A DNA stretch of 63,386 bases, filler included, from Octopus bimaculoides (GCF_001194135.2; 5 parts of 4 records of this genome joined end to end with filler, not necessarily neighbours in it), one strand, 5' to 3'; shown: positions 38,552 through 51,494, counted from the first letter of the whole stretch. A program made the numbers and translations. Notes: a model not told the origin generated them from the letters alone.

Positions 38552-40919
38552 TTTTCCATTCTTTGCTATTAAAGTTGGATTTGACCTTGGTTGTTAAATC
38601 CAACTTTAATAGCAAAGAATGGAAAAACCTAAGAGACTTACAACAGGACAAAAGCCTTACTATCAAAGAAGCTGACAAAGGTAGTACTGTAGTCCTAATG
38701 GACACAGATTTTTACAAACACCTAGTACTCTCCTTACTAAACGACCACTCTTTCTATGAAACTATCACTAACTATAAACAACAAAAAACTCTAAAAAACC
38801 TCACCACCCTTATACTCCAACATGGTCAAGGACTCACGGACAAAGAAAAGGATTATATCATTAATTTCAAATGCAAGCCCAGCCTCTTCTATGGCTTCCC
38901 TAAAATCCATAAAAACAAATCCATCACCGAAGCTTACACACTCTCCTCTGACATCTACATCAACATCAAGGCACCGGAAGACTTAAAACTAAGACCCATT
39001 ATAGCAGGCACCTCCTGCAAAACACACCGCTTAAGCAATTTCCTGGACATTCTTTTCAAACCTTTCCTAAGTCACATCAAAAGTTTCATTAGAGATGATC
39101 TTGACATACTCAATCACCTCCCAAAAACAACAAACGAGGAGGCATTCTTGGTTTCTTTTGACGTGGTCAACCTTTATACAAACATCCCTCATGAATTTGC
39201 TATTGAGGCAATTAAATTCTGGCTGGAGAAACACCCAGAAGCATTTCCTAATTGCATCAGCACAACCTTCATTACAGAATCACTTAAGTTCACTCTAACC
39301 AATAATTACTTCCTGTTTGCAAAAACATACTATCGCCAAAAGTGTGGTATCGCGATGGGTACCAAAGCTGCACCAGTCCTTGCGAACCTCATAATGGTTT
39401 TTTTTTTAAATATCACTATATGAGATCTCACGCCAGAAATTTGGACACCTTTTCCACATCTACTTAATGGAAAACTGGAAAAGATACTTGGACAATTGTT
39501 TCATCATATGGAAGGAATCCTATGAAAAACTTTTAGAATTCAAAACCATACTTAACAACATACATCCCAGCATTCAATTCACTATGGAATTCAGCAAACA
39601 TCATCTCCGTTTTCTTGATCTCTTAATTATAAAAACACCTAATAACCAAATCACAACCAACATCTACCACAAACTTACAGATTCACAACAATACCTCCTA
39701 TTCAGCTCATGCCACCCAAAACACACCAAGATAAATATCCCCTTCAATTTAGCTAAAAGAATTTGCACCATTGTCTCTGACGCAACCACTCGAAAAATAT
39801 GCTTACATATTATTACAATACCAATATCCCTCCACACTCATAGACTTGGGAATAAAACGTACCAAGGAACTTGACAAAAACACACTGAAAACCACCCAAC
39901 ACAGTAACACACCCAACCCCAAAATACTTCCATACATCTCCACTCACAATCCCAAACACATCGAAGCATACACTACAATCAAACAAAACTTCCCCTTCCT
40001 CACCACAGACCTGAAAATGAATAATATCATCAATACACACAAAGTCCTTAAATGCAAAAGGCATCACAAATCTTTGAAAAAACTCTTAACTAATGCCAAA
40101 CTACACACACCACTTCCACCCCCATCAGTTAAAAAATGTGCACGCCCTAACTGTGGTACCTGCCCCTACCTACTTGAAGGCTCTGAATTTATTTTCGAAC
40201 AAGGTTTAAAATGAAGACCAACATCTCTTGTTCCTCTGGGAACCTCATTTATGTCCTCACATGTGCAGGTTGCCAACACAACTATATAGGACAGACAAGC
40301 CTTGCTTTGCGTAGAAGAGTAGCAGTCCATAAAGAACAAATAAATCTCCCTCAACACCTCCAAATTTCACTCAGTTGCCACATAGACTCTTGCGCCAAAA
40401 ATAAAAACCATAAATTCTTTATATTCCCTTTCTATCAATGTAAAGACAGAATCTCTACACAAGAAAGAATCAACAAGGAGAATCTCTTTATAGAGAAATT
40501 CCAAACACTTCTTAATATACAAACTCCTCGGTGACCATATTCCTTTCTCTCACCTACCCATTGAAATACATATAAATTTACTTCTTGTTTCTCTAAGAAC
40601 AGACACAAACTTCCTGTTGACAAAGAGTCTAGAACTCCAACTAAAGAGTATAAAACCAACAGAATTGTCTTCCCTTACACACACTTCCTGTTTAACACAA
40701 ACTCTCAGCCTTTTTTAAACACAACACCATTCTTAATTCCATGCATCCTAATCTATCTAACAATTATCTACATGGATTATCATTGAACTTTAAAAGCTGA
40801 AAGACAATTTAACGTATTGGTATATTTATTTTTTTATATATTTTTTATATTTTTGTAAAAAAACATTATTTTCATTTTCCTTCTTCTTGAAAATTTGCCA
40901 TGCAATGAAAGCCGGTTAG
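38552..40919 (+). mobile_element. Long Neptune-like Penelope element (RT, Cys linker, GIY-YIG) with a 5' hairpin
   Basis: IKEADKGSTVV, FYGFPKIHK, LRPIIAG, SFDVVNLYTNIP, GIAMGTKAAPVLANL, WKRYLDN, FLD, SCHPKHTKINIPFNLAKRICTI, KCARPNCGTCPYL and NLIYVLTC.GCQHNYIGQT, with several frameshifts. Confidence 0.93.
40881..40919 (+). ncRNA. Candidate hammerhead ribozyme with U3:A8 core variant, cut by a gap
   Basis: TTGAAAA - T - TTGC(CAT)GCAA - T - GAAA - GCCGGTT - A. Position is equivalent to the CTGATGA motif at 14029 in a related PLE. Confidence 0.4.
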
Positions 40920-41036
40920 NNNNNNNNNNNNNNNNNNNNNNNNNNNNNNNNNNNNNNNNNNNNTTAATTAATTAANNNNNNNNNNNNNNNNNNNNNNNNN
41001 NNNNNNNNNNNNNNNNNNNATATATATATATATATA

Positions 41037-41572
41037 TAGTGTGGCCCCAAAAGAAAAAGAGAACCCATAGAGATTTTATTAAATCCTACAAAGGTCCAGC
41101 AAATTTCAAGAAATTTGCTGAACTTAATCTTCGGTCTCTGTACAAACGTTCCCTTTGCCTTAATGTCATGTTCGTTTCAAAATGTGCCCCAAATGGCATA
41201 CGTCGCGCAAAATTGTTAATTACTCGACCACATTCCTTTTTGAAGATTTCCCTGGTTTCTGTTGTGATTGCTGTTTTCAAATCCTCAATCGTTTGAGGAT
41301 TTTTCTGGAAAACATTATCCTTGTGGAACACCAGCAGATAAAAATCCGGTGGGTTCAAGTCCGGTGAATGCGGTGCCCACTCAACGTCACATTTCCTACT
41401 GATCAGTTTCTCCAGAAATCGCTCTCTCGGCCAGGCGAGGGAGTCATGTGTGTGTGGTGGCCCCGTCTTGCTGGAACCACTGTTCATCTCGATCTATCCC
41501 TCTGCATCCTTTTATTCAAACAATTTTATTCAAAGATTTGTGGGTTCTCTTTTGGCATTTTGGGGCCCCCTG
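41037..41572 (-). mobile_element. Internally deleted Tc1/mariner element (DD41D/rosa-like) retaining both TIRs
   Basis: TIRs GGCCCCAAAA...AAAAGAGAACCCA at both ends in TA context. Coding remnant WFQQDGAT...KLISRKCDVEWAPHSPDLNPPDFYL. Confidence 0.85.
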
Positions 41573-42718
41573 TATATGCGCATGTATGTCATTATTCAGT
41601 TTCATTTCAAATCAACGAGTGACACAAAGAGGAAGAGTGAGAAAGAGAGAGAGAGACAGAGAGAGGGAGCGGTAAAGGGGAGAGGAGAAGAATTAGAGAA
41701 AGAGTAGGGGAGAAAAACAGAAAGGAAGAAGAACAACTGAGGGAGATAGAATAGAGATAAGTCGTAGAGTGCGCATCGGAATTATTAAGATAAAACCTAC
41801 TTGGAAATTGATATGTGGCGTTCGATCATATAATAATATAAATAATATATATATATATATATATATATANNNNNNNNNNNNNNNNNNNNNNNNNNNNNNN
41901 NNNNNNNNNNNNNNNNNNNNNNNNNNNNNNNNNNNNNNNNNNNNNNNNNNNNNNNNNNNNNNNNNNNNNNNNNNNNNNNNNNNNNNNNNNNNNNNNNNNN
42001 NNNNNNNNNNNNNNNNNNNNNNNNNNNNNNNNNNNNNNNNNNNNNNNNNNNNNNNNNNNNNNNNNNNNNNNNNNNNNNNNNNNNNNNNNNNNNNNNNNNN
42101 NNNNNNNNNNNNNNNNNNNNNNNNNNNNNNNNNNNNNNNNNNNNNNNNNNNNNNNNNNNNNNNNNNNNNNNNNNNNNNNNNNNNNNNNNNNNNNNNNNNN
42201 NNNNNNNNNNNNNNNNNNNNNNNNNNNNNNNNNNNNNNNNNNNNNNNNNNNNNNNNNNNNNNNNNNNNNNNNNNNNNNNNNNNNNNNNNNNNNNNNNNNN
42301 NNNNNNNNNNNNNNNNNNNNNNNNNNNNNNNNNNNNNNNNNNNNNNNNNNNNNNNNNNNNNNNNNNNNNNNNNNNNNNNNNNNNNNNNNNNNNNNNNNNN
42401 NNNNNNNNNNNNNNNNNNNNNNNNNNNNNNNNNNNNNNNNNNNNNNNNNNNNNNNNNNNNNNNNNNNNNNNNNNNNTTTATCAAAATTAAACAAAATAAT
42501 AAATTACGGTATGAGTTATCACAGATTTTATCTGGAGCCCTACCTCTCCCCCTCCCCTCCTCACCCACCTGCCACAATGCCAAAAACAAGCGATCGTGGT
42601 GAAATCCATTCTGTCTCGACACTCTATTAAATTTTCAAAATGAAATATATTTTGATAAACACCGACTTTGTAACTCATATTCATAATAATCTTTTTGGAT
42701 ACTGTGTCTTCTTCTCTT

Positions 42719-42762
<44 letters not shown>

Positions 42763-43024
42763 TTTGTCTCTCTCTTTCTTTCTTTCTCTCTCTTTCTTTC
42801 TTTCTTTCTCTCTCTCTCTTTCTTTCTCTCTCTCTCTTTCTTTCTCTCTCTCTCCCCTTCTCTAATTATTTATATATATTTACATATATATAGATTTTAT
42901 ATAATTTTGTTTACATGTATATAATTTCTACATAATTATGTAAATACATATTTATACACATATCTAATTCTATGTATATGTATATATACATATATATTCA
43001 CACACACACACACACAGACACACA

Positions 43025-43087
<63 letters not shown>

Positions 43088-44865
43088 CATATTTACATAC
43101 AGAGGAAAAGAAAGGTGAGCCGCTGGATGATGGAGAGCATGAAATAGGTTGACAAGAGAAAAGGAGTTTCGTTGTCAGCCACTTTGCACCAGAGTTTAAT
43201 AAAATACTCATCATGCTGTCAATATATATTAGATTTATAACAAAATCTATTGTTTTATGTAAATGGAAATTTCTTAATAACCTTCCACATAGATATTATA
43301 GGACATCATACACATGCGTGCGTATTTCTATGTATATAATTATATATATATATGCACGTGTGTAATTTTTTTGTATATGAATGCGCACCGGAGTGTATGT
43401 ATGTATGTGTGTGTGTGTGCTTATGTGTTTGTGTGTGTATGTTTGTAATTATAAATATGAGTCGTAAATAACCAGTCACGAATCGGTGTTTTTCTTTACT
43501 TTTTGTTTTTTGAATATGTATTCGTACACGTGGCTACATCACTTCATTTTCTTGTCTTTTTGTCGTCTGCACGCATGCTTTCACAATTGAGTAGAAACAT
43601 ATATAAGAAACGCGTAATTGCAAGTTCATACATTAATAAATATATGCATGCATGTTTCGAATTATATAGTATATATAATATTATTGATAAATGTAATGCG
43701 TAGCCTTTCAGCGATAAGTAAAATATATGTTTGATCCGATGCCTAGTTTGAAACCACTCCCAGCTTTTGCTTGCCCTTTGTGGAGTCAAGTCTGATGCAA
43801 GCATTCGAGTGAGATCCCCAGTTAGGATATCTTCGACCTTTCTTCCTACCACTCGCTGAAACACTATGAGGTTTCTCCTGACTATACTTTAACCAAGAAA
43901 AGATATTATAGCCATTTTCCGTGACAAATCGACCGAATGATGTGTCTTGAATTGTATTCATTAGGAATAGCTGTAAATTACGAGTCGCTCTGGGAACAGA
44001 AGAAGCGCATTCTCGTATTACTTCTTTAACTAAATACTGAAAGAAAAGAAACCGGTGAAGGTTTTTTTTCTATATTAAGAATATCATATTACCGTTTAGT
44101 GATAAATTAAAGTTTATATACTTTCAAGAATAAAAAAAAAAACTGCACAAACTGAGAGTTTAAGAGGGTAGTAAGAGAGGGAAGAAAAGATTGTTTGCAT
44201 GCGTGTGTCTGTGTATGCAGGACTACTCACACACATGTGTATATATATGCTTGTGTGTGCATACAATTATATATTGCTCATTATGTTGTCCGTAAAAAAA
44301 ATCAGTGTTTGTGCTTTGTTCCCGTTCCTTTTTTTTGACGTCCTGTACCCGGATATGTATCTATATATACATGTAGATGTAGGTATGTACATGCATATGC
44401 TCATATATCATTTGTATTATATATATATATATATATATATGTATAGAAACAGAGAGGGGCGAGAAAACAATGACGTGCACAATAAATTATATACATGAAA
44501 GAAAGATTGAAGATGCTTTCAAATACAACATAAACTTTCAATTCTTTTGTTTCATTATTCTTTAAGAATACTTAAATGCGTGATTAGCAGCTGTACTAAA
44601 ATGTCTTACGTATAATTCTTTCCCATGCTATAAAGATGGTCTTCCTAAATCAATATCGTCTGTATGGATAAGTGGAAGATATGTTCGGACCTATGTTTCT
44701 TAGTTAAGTATATACAATGTTATCAGTTAAGATATTAAAAAACTCTAATCATAAATATAGTTTTGTATTTATATTTATACACACATGTAATTATGCATAC
44801 ATAAACACAAACATATTGCATGTATATATATATATATATATGTATATATATAGTCGCAGGCGTTG

Positions 44866-45020
44866 GTGTGTGGTAATAAGCTTCCGCACTTAACCACATG
44901 GTTCCAGGTTCAGTCCTACTGTGTGGCACCTTTGGCAAGTATCTTCCATACTTCCATAGCCTTGGCCTGACCAAAGCCTTGTGAATGGATTTGGTAGAGG
45001 GAAAATGAAAGAGGTCCAGC

Positions 45021-45022
<2 letters not shown>
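44866..45022 (+). mobile_element. tRNA-derived CORE-like SINE
   Basis: GGTTCAGTCC B-box, CCTTTGGCAAGTATCTTC core-like segment, and the family 3' end followed by (TA)n. Confidence 0.8.
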
Positions 45023-45085
<63 letters not shown>

Positions 45086-45094
<9 letters not shown>

Positions 45095-45980
45095 GAAAAT
45101 TAATACACGGAGAGAAGACCACCATGAGTACTTTTTACATGCTAAAAAGGACAGTCAAATCCCAAACCACGAAAGACATTCTTATTAATTGCACATTGGT
45201 TGTAAGTGAGCAGGACACTTGAATGAATAAAAATCTCAGTTAAATTTATACCCTTGAGTTTCACCATTAATTAAATAAATCAATTAATAAGTCAATCAAT
45301 TGATTAATTATCCACCTGTGGCTCGTAAGTAGAATCACTGGAAAATGTATAATTATGAAAGTATAATACGTACTAAAAACACAAATTAAACACAGGCGCA
45401 ATTAGTTCCACATTTATTACATCAAGAATTCAAATCGAATGCTAATCAATCAACTGACTGACTTATTAATTGAATTATTTCATGATTAATAGTGAAACTC
45501 ATTGGTATAGAGTTAATTGAGATTTTTATTCATTCAAGTGTCCTGCTTGCCTACAAACGAAGTGCTATTAATAAGAATGTTTTTTCGTGGTTTTGGATTT
45601 GACTGTCCTTTTTAGTATGCAAGAAGTCCACATGGTGGTCTTCTCTCCGTGTATAAATTTTTATACACTGATATTATAAAAGTATTTACGTCTTCTGATT
45701 TTATTACGCATGCTAACCACTGGTATAGATTATTATTTTAATGACTTTTACCCTTGTATTTATATAGTTAAATATTTCAATTTTTCGGCTAGATAAAACA
45801 CGGTTAAATTTATTCACTGTTGTACTATTCTGACTCGGTACGTTACTTGAGGACATTCAATTTGAATTCTTGATGTATAAAGATGGAAGTAAATGCGCCT
45901 GTGTTTACTTTGTGTTGTCGTATGATAGTTTCATAATTATAGATTTTCCAGCGACTCTACGGACAAGCCACAGATGGTTA
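45086..45980. repeat. Fold-back with a second, displaced inverted copy of its spacer
   Basis: Arms at about 45086-45310 and 45444-45668. The spacer 45311-45443 reappears inverted at about 45860-45980. Confidence 0.85.
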
Positions 45981-46365
45981 TATATATATATATNNNNNNN
46001 NNNNNNNNNNNNNNNNNNNNNNNNNNNNNNNNNNNNNNNNNNNNNNNNNNNNNNNNNNNNNNNNNNNNNNNNNNNNNNNNNNTATATATCAGTGGCGTGC
46101 GGTGACCTCTAAGGTTGGTCATACAATAAATAGTAAATATATATATATATATATATCCTGAGAGATTGTTTATAAGACACTTGTTATATGTAATATTTAG
46201 CAACAAGATATCTGGTGAACAATCTGTCATGTTTTTATTCTGCTTTCTACGACACACCAAAACTGATGTGAGTACAATAACACGCACAGAAATACACATA
46301 GCGTCGTAACCACTGGTTATTTGACGTGCAATTTAAGTATTGAATTGCATTATATATACATACAT

Positions 46366-46420
<55 letters not shown>

Positions 46421-46439
46421 CATATAGAANNNNNNNNNN

Positions 46440-46477
<38 letters not shown>

Positions 46478-46569
46478 GCATATATATGTGTAAATATGTA
46501 CATACATATATATATATCGATAAATTAAATACCAGTTGCCTACAGTAGAAAAGAATATAAGTTTCATAT

Positions 46570-47115
46570 TTTGGCGCCAGGCCAGCAATTACATCGATCC
46601 TAGTGCTTAACTGTTTCTTATTTTATCGACCCCAAATCGATGAAAGGCAGAGAATGTAAAGAAAACGAAATATCGCTAAGCACTTTGCTCTTCCCGATAA
46701 CGGTTCCTGTGGATTAGATCGACTCCAGTACGCAACTGTTACTTAACTTATCGACCCCGAAAGGATGAAAGGCACGACCTCGGCGGAATTTGAACTCAGA
46801 ACGTAAAGACAGACGAAATACCGCTAAGCATTTCGTCCAGCATGCTAACGTTCCTGCTAAATCACTGCCTTTGTGAAATCTATCTTAATTAAATCTTAAG
46901 AGGCGGACAAAATATTTAGCGGCATTTCATCCGTCTTTACATTCTGAGTTCAAATTCCTCTGTAGTCGGCTTTGTTTTTCAATCTTTCGAGGTCAGTAAA
47001 ATAAGTACTAGTCGAGAACTGGTGGTGGCGGTGGTGGTGATGGTGGGAGGAGGCGGTGTAATTGACTTATCCACTTCCTTGAAAATGCTGGCCTTGTACC
47101 AAAATTTTAAAGCCA
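46570..47115. mobile_element. Three Meta-like SINE copies (two minus, one plus)
   Basis: Family core and GGAATTTGAACTCAGAACG at 46570-46870 (-) and 46905-47115 (+). Confidence 0.8.
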
Positions 47116-47798
47116 ATATTGACCAAATCACCCTCAAACCACATGTAAAGTCTAGAGAAAGAGAAATATTCGTATGGTAATATGGCCCATTTCTGAAAAA
47201 AATTATTATATGATTGTGGCTGAAATATATCGGTTGGTTATAGAACTATTTGATCATTTCTTTAGCTAAACGAAAATTGAACACCCACCGTCTATGAACT
47301 GACGAAAACTTAATAGGAAAAGCGGCCAAAACACACGTTTTAAAGAGGAAATGACAATTCGGACATCGCCGGAAATAAACTGAAAGAATCTTAGATTGGT
47401 TACAGGTGGAACGTTTTTCATTATAGAAAAGATGACCTAGGGTTACACAACGGCAACAACAATAACTACAACTCTACGAGACAGACAGACAGACAGACAG
47501 ACAGATATTATGGATAATGTTTCCGCTTTTGGAAATCAATGTTCCCACGATGCTCGCTTTTTTAGAATGAGCATTTTTATTTGGCTAAATTTCATAATTC
47601 ATGTCTGATAAAAACGTTGTGTTATCAAAGAAATCCAGCTGTTTGTGAATATTAAGTATAGTGTATATATTTACGAAGTAGATTTATAAATTAGTCGTCA
47701 AAGAAATTATGGCTATCATTGGTACTTCTTACTGTTTAAGATTGCTAGCATAAAAATAGCATTATTTTGTGTTTGTATCTTGCTTTTCCTTTTGGAAA

Positions 47799-47834
<36 letters not shown>

Positions 47835-47955
47835 TCTGTGCCAAAATAAACAACAACAGAGAAATAAACTGCCTCTGCTTCTGTGAAGTAGAATATTAAT
47901 CAGTCATCTCGAAGAGACCTGAAATAAAGTAACCAGCTGGAGATGCGCAGTATGG

Positions 47956-47996
<41 letters not shown>

Positions 47997-48315
47997 GTGT
48001 GTATGTGTGTGTATGTGTGTGTGTGTGTGTGTGTCTTTGTGTGCAGTGATATACAAATTTATGTAATAAAGTGTTGACAGTCTGGTAACTTATAGTTATT
48101 GATATAATCTGTGTTTGTCGACGTCTAATAAACATTGAACATTTGCTTCTTCAGCATGTTATATGCCTATGTTTCTGAAGTAGACTTCAAACAACATGCT
48201 ATGACTTATCCATTCTTTCAACTGTTGAGAGGTTATTATTACTATTATCATCATACTGTTGCTCGTGGTGGTGGTGGTTGTAGTAGTTCTGATAGTGATG
48301 TTTTTGTTCTTGTTG

Positions 48316-48755
48316 TTATTATTATTATTCAGTAGTTTTATTTTTATAACGTGCTTTCACTTCACTACCGAGCGCAGCTCTGTGTGCCTTGGGTATGTGC
48401 TGTGGTTTGCTATGATACTCTTATGGTTACTGCATTGAAAGTGCTTTGCGTAGGATGTGTGCAGTGCCTAGTAGTGCAATTTTCTGTATGTTATATATAC
48501 TTGTAAGTCCTGGTATTTTTGTTATGTATTTGTCTGAATATTTTTTTTATCATACCTACTATGATAGGAATTGTCTCTGTTTTTACATTCTACATTCGAG
48601 TTACCTCTATTTCCAGGTCTTTGTATTTTGAAAGTTTCTCCATTTCTTTTAGAGAAACGTTGTCATCTGCTGGTATTGATACATCAATTAGAAAGCATTT
48701 TGTTTTCTTCATCTCTGACAAATATATCTGGTTTATTGGCCTTAATTTCTCTATC

Positions 48756-48756
<1 letters not shown>
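48316..48756 (-). mobile_element. 3' end of an R4/Dong-like retrotransposon (REL endonuclease plus 3'UTR) within (TAA)n
   Basis: KANKPDI...CFLIDVSIPADDNVSLKEMEKLSKYKDLEIEV...IPIIVG...KIALLGTAHILRKALS. (ATT)n on both flanks. Confidence 0.9.
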
Positions 48757-48802
<46 letters not shown>

Positions 48803-50004
48803 TGTGTTGTGTTTTGTTACTGTTGTTATTTTGTTACTGTTGTTGTTTTGTTTTTGCTGTTGTCGACGTCACTATTATCATCATTATTTATTTATGTATT
48901 AATTAACAAACCTATCATAGTTAAGTGAATGTTGCTATGTATTTCGAAGATGAAGTTTCATGCCATCACAATTCATGTATCAAAAAAGAAAAAAAATGCT
49001 GATAAATATAATCCTTTAATGTAGTACACTTTATACACACACACACACATATGTATGTACGTATGTATATATACATGTGTGTGTTTGATTTTTTGTCTGC
49101 TTGTGTTCGTTTGTGTGTGAGTGCGTGCGTGCGTGCGTGTGTGTATTGTGTGAATGCGTGTGCTCGTATGCGCTTGTGTGTGTAATATGAATTACAGTGG
49201 AGAAGAAGATAGATTTGAATACGAAATAATTCGAATTTTATGAATTATATAATCTCCAGAGCTAACAATATCGTCCTTGGGTTTCACCCAACAGTTCCAC
49301 ATCTGTTAAAATCCTCAGTAACGGTGATGGGTAAGGTAAGTGATAGAACGTTTCCTGCTACTTACTGTTGTTGGAAAACATCCGATAAGTTGAGTTTCAT
49401 GGTGAGATATTACTGCACTTTAATATAAGAACTGCATAATCAGTTAAGACAAAAATAGGTCACGTATATGAAGATATAAAGATGTAAAGTCCTGGAAGCA
49501 TACCCAGCCTTGTGATTCTACAGCACCAGTGTACGATACCGACGTTACTCCTACCCACTCGAACGCATCAGTGAAAAATTATATAGGAATAACCGCGGGC
49601 ACGTTCAAAGACTGAAATGCCAGTGACAGTGCGTCTTTCAAACAAAGTTGTCCAGTAACATTTGGCGGAAAATGTACGTGAAATATCAAACAAATTAGTT
49701 TGCATTGGTGGATAAATTATTTTTTTGTTAAAAAAGTTGACAATGGTTTCATGCGGAGTAAGAACTCTCAATGATTATGAGTCCGCTCACATGGAGACGA
49801 GTACCAACTTTCTCATGTAGCAGCCTTGATAATTGTTGAGAGATCTCTTTACATGAAAACATTGGTAGTCTTTTTTACCAAAAAATAACGACTATGCGCC
49901 ATTGTGGTGTTGAGCACACATGCTGACTGTTCGATATTACCACCTATATACACATGTATACATATAGTCACACACACATACACACACACACACAACCCAA
50001 GAAA

Positions 50005-50200
50005 TGCTTGTAAAATTGGAATATTTGTCGGCGCAGGCATGTTCTTTATTGCATGTGCCCTCGACAGGTCAGGACGTCTACCACTTTTATCAATTATTTG
50101 CCCTAATCGGTGTCGATTAATAAAGCAAAAGTTCATGATGGTGGATTGATAGAGTTTTACATCGTCGGACAGGATGGCTCGATGTATCTCTTCTATCTCT
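50005..50200 (-). mobile_element. Ty3/Gypsy pol remnant (RT C-terminus/connection)
   Basis: LGQIIDKSGRRPD.SRAHAIKNMPAPTNIPILQAFLGL. Confidence 0.8.
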
Positions 50201-50458
50201 GTGCATTCAGTTTTAAGAAAGAAAGACATTTTCAGCACTGTAGAGTAAATTTTATGGAAAAACCAGGTTGGATTGAATCAGAAGTCTTTTCAATGAGTTT
50301 TATCCTGGAGCAACAAAGACAGTAACAGTAACATCCCCTTAGACAAATCCTCTCCTGTCAGCTAGATCAAAGCTTTGCGAGTGAAATTTTGTCGATAGAA
50401 AAAATGTGGAAATCGGTTTGGTCGTGGGGAGGGGTCATTTATGTTATTGTTGGTTTAA

Positions 50459-51494
50459 ACCTTTAGCATTTAAACTGAGCATATCCTGTCAAAATATTCT
50501 GTTCCATGTTCAAACTGACTAGATCAGGCCTCTCATACCTACCCTACAATGTCATTTAAGAAATAAACAATCGCATCGTCGAAATCTTAGACACACAAGT
50601 ATTACGATCAGGCAAATACTTATGTATAAAAGAGGTAACCTTCTGATCGCAACAACAGATATTGTTCAAACAGGGAATTAATATTCAAAGATTGAAATTA
50701 TGTAACAACAGGTATAATACCCAAAGAATCTCATGTCCAGTCCTCAATTGTTCAAAGGTAGGTGGTGAGCGGTCCGATCCGTATGCAGCTGCCTCTCGTA
50801 TTTTGTACCATCCACGCCAAGTCCTCGATGTATTCTCAACTCCCCATTTTAACAGGAAGTAAACGAGACTACCTGCCTCGCTCGTTAACAGGAAGTAAAC
50901 AAGATTACCTGTCTCGTCCCATGCTCACTTTTTGCAGAATTGAAATGACATAGGTATGTATATATATATATATATATATNNNNNNNNNNNNNNNNNNNNN
51001 NNNNNNNNNNNNNNNNNNNNNNNNNNNNNNNNNNNNNNNNNNNNNNNNNNNNNNNNNNNNNNNNNNNNNNNNNNNNNNNNNNNNNNNNNNNNNNNNNNNN
51101 NNNNNNNNNNNNNNNNNNNNNNNNNNNNNNNNNNNNNNNNNNNNNNNNNNNNNNNNNNNNNNNNNNNNNNNNNNNNNNNNNNNNNNNNNNNNNNNNNNNN
51201 NNNNNNNNNNNNNNNNNNNNNNNNNNNNNNNNNNNNNNNNNNNNNNNNNNNNNNNNNNNNNNNNNNNNNNNNNNNNNNNNNNNNNNNNNNNNNNNNNNNN
51301 NNATACCTACGTCATTTCTATTCTGCAAAAAGATCGTTGACAAGCGTTTTTCTCGCCACATTCAGAAAACGTTGTAAGTTCTCTCCCTTAATTATATTAT
51401 AGATATACATAACACAAGATAATGTATGATCAATTCGAAACAATACGATTAAATAAGCATCACATTTAACAGATTATATCTGAATGCTAAAGAG
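50459..51494. mobile_element. piggyBac-like MITE carrying an internal insertion
   Basis: TTAA at 50455-58 and 51495-98. Ends are (A)CCTTTAGCATT and AATGCTAAAGAG. Homologous to 60103-60674. Confidence 0.8.
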
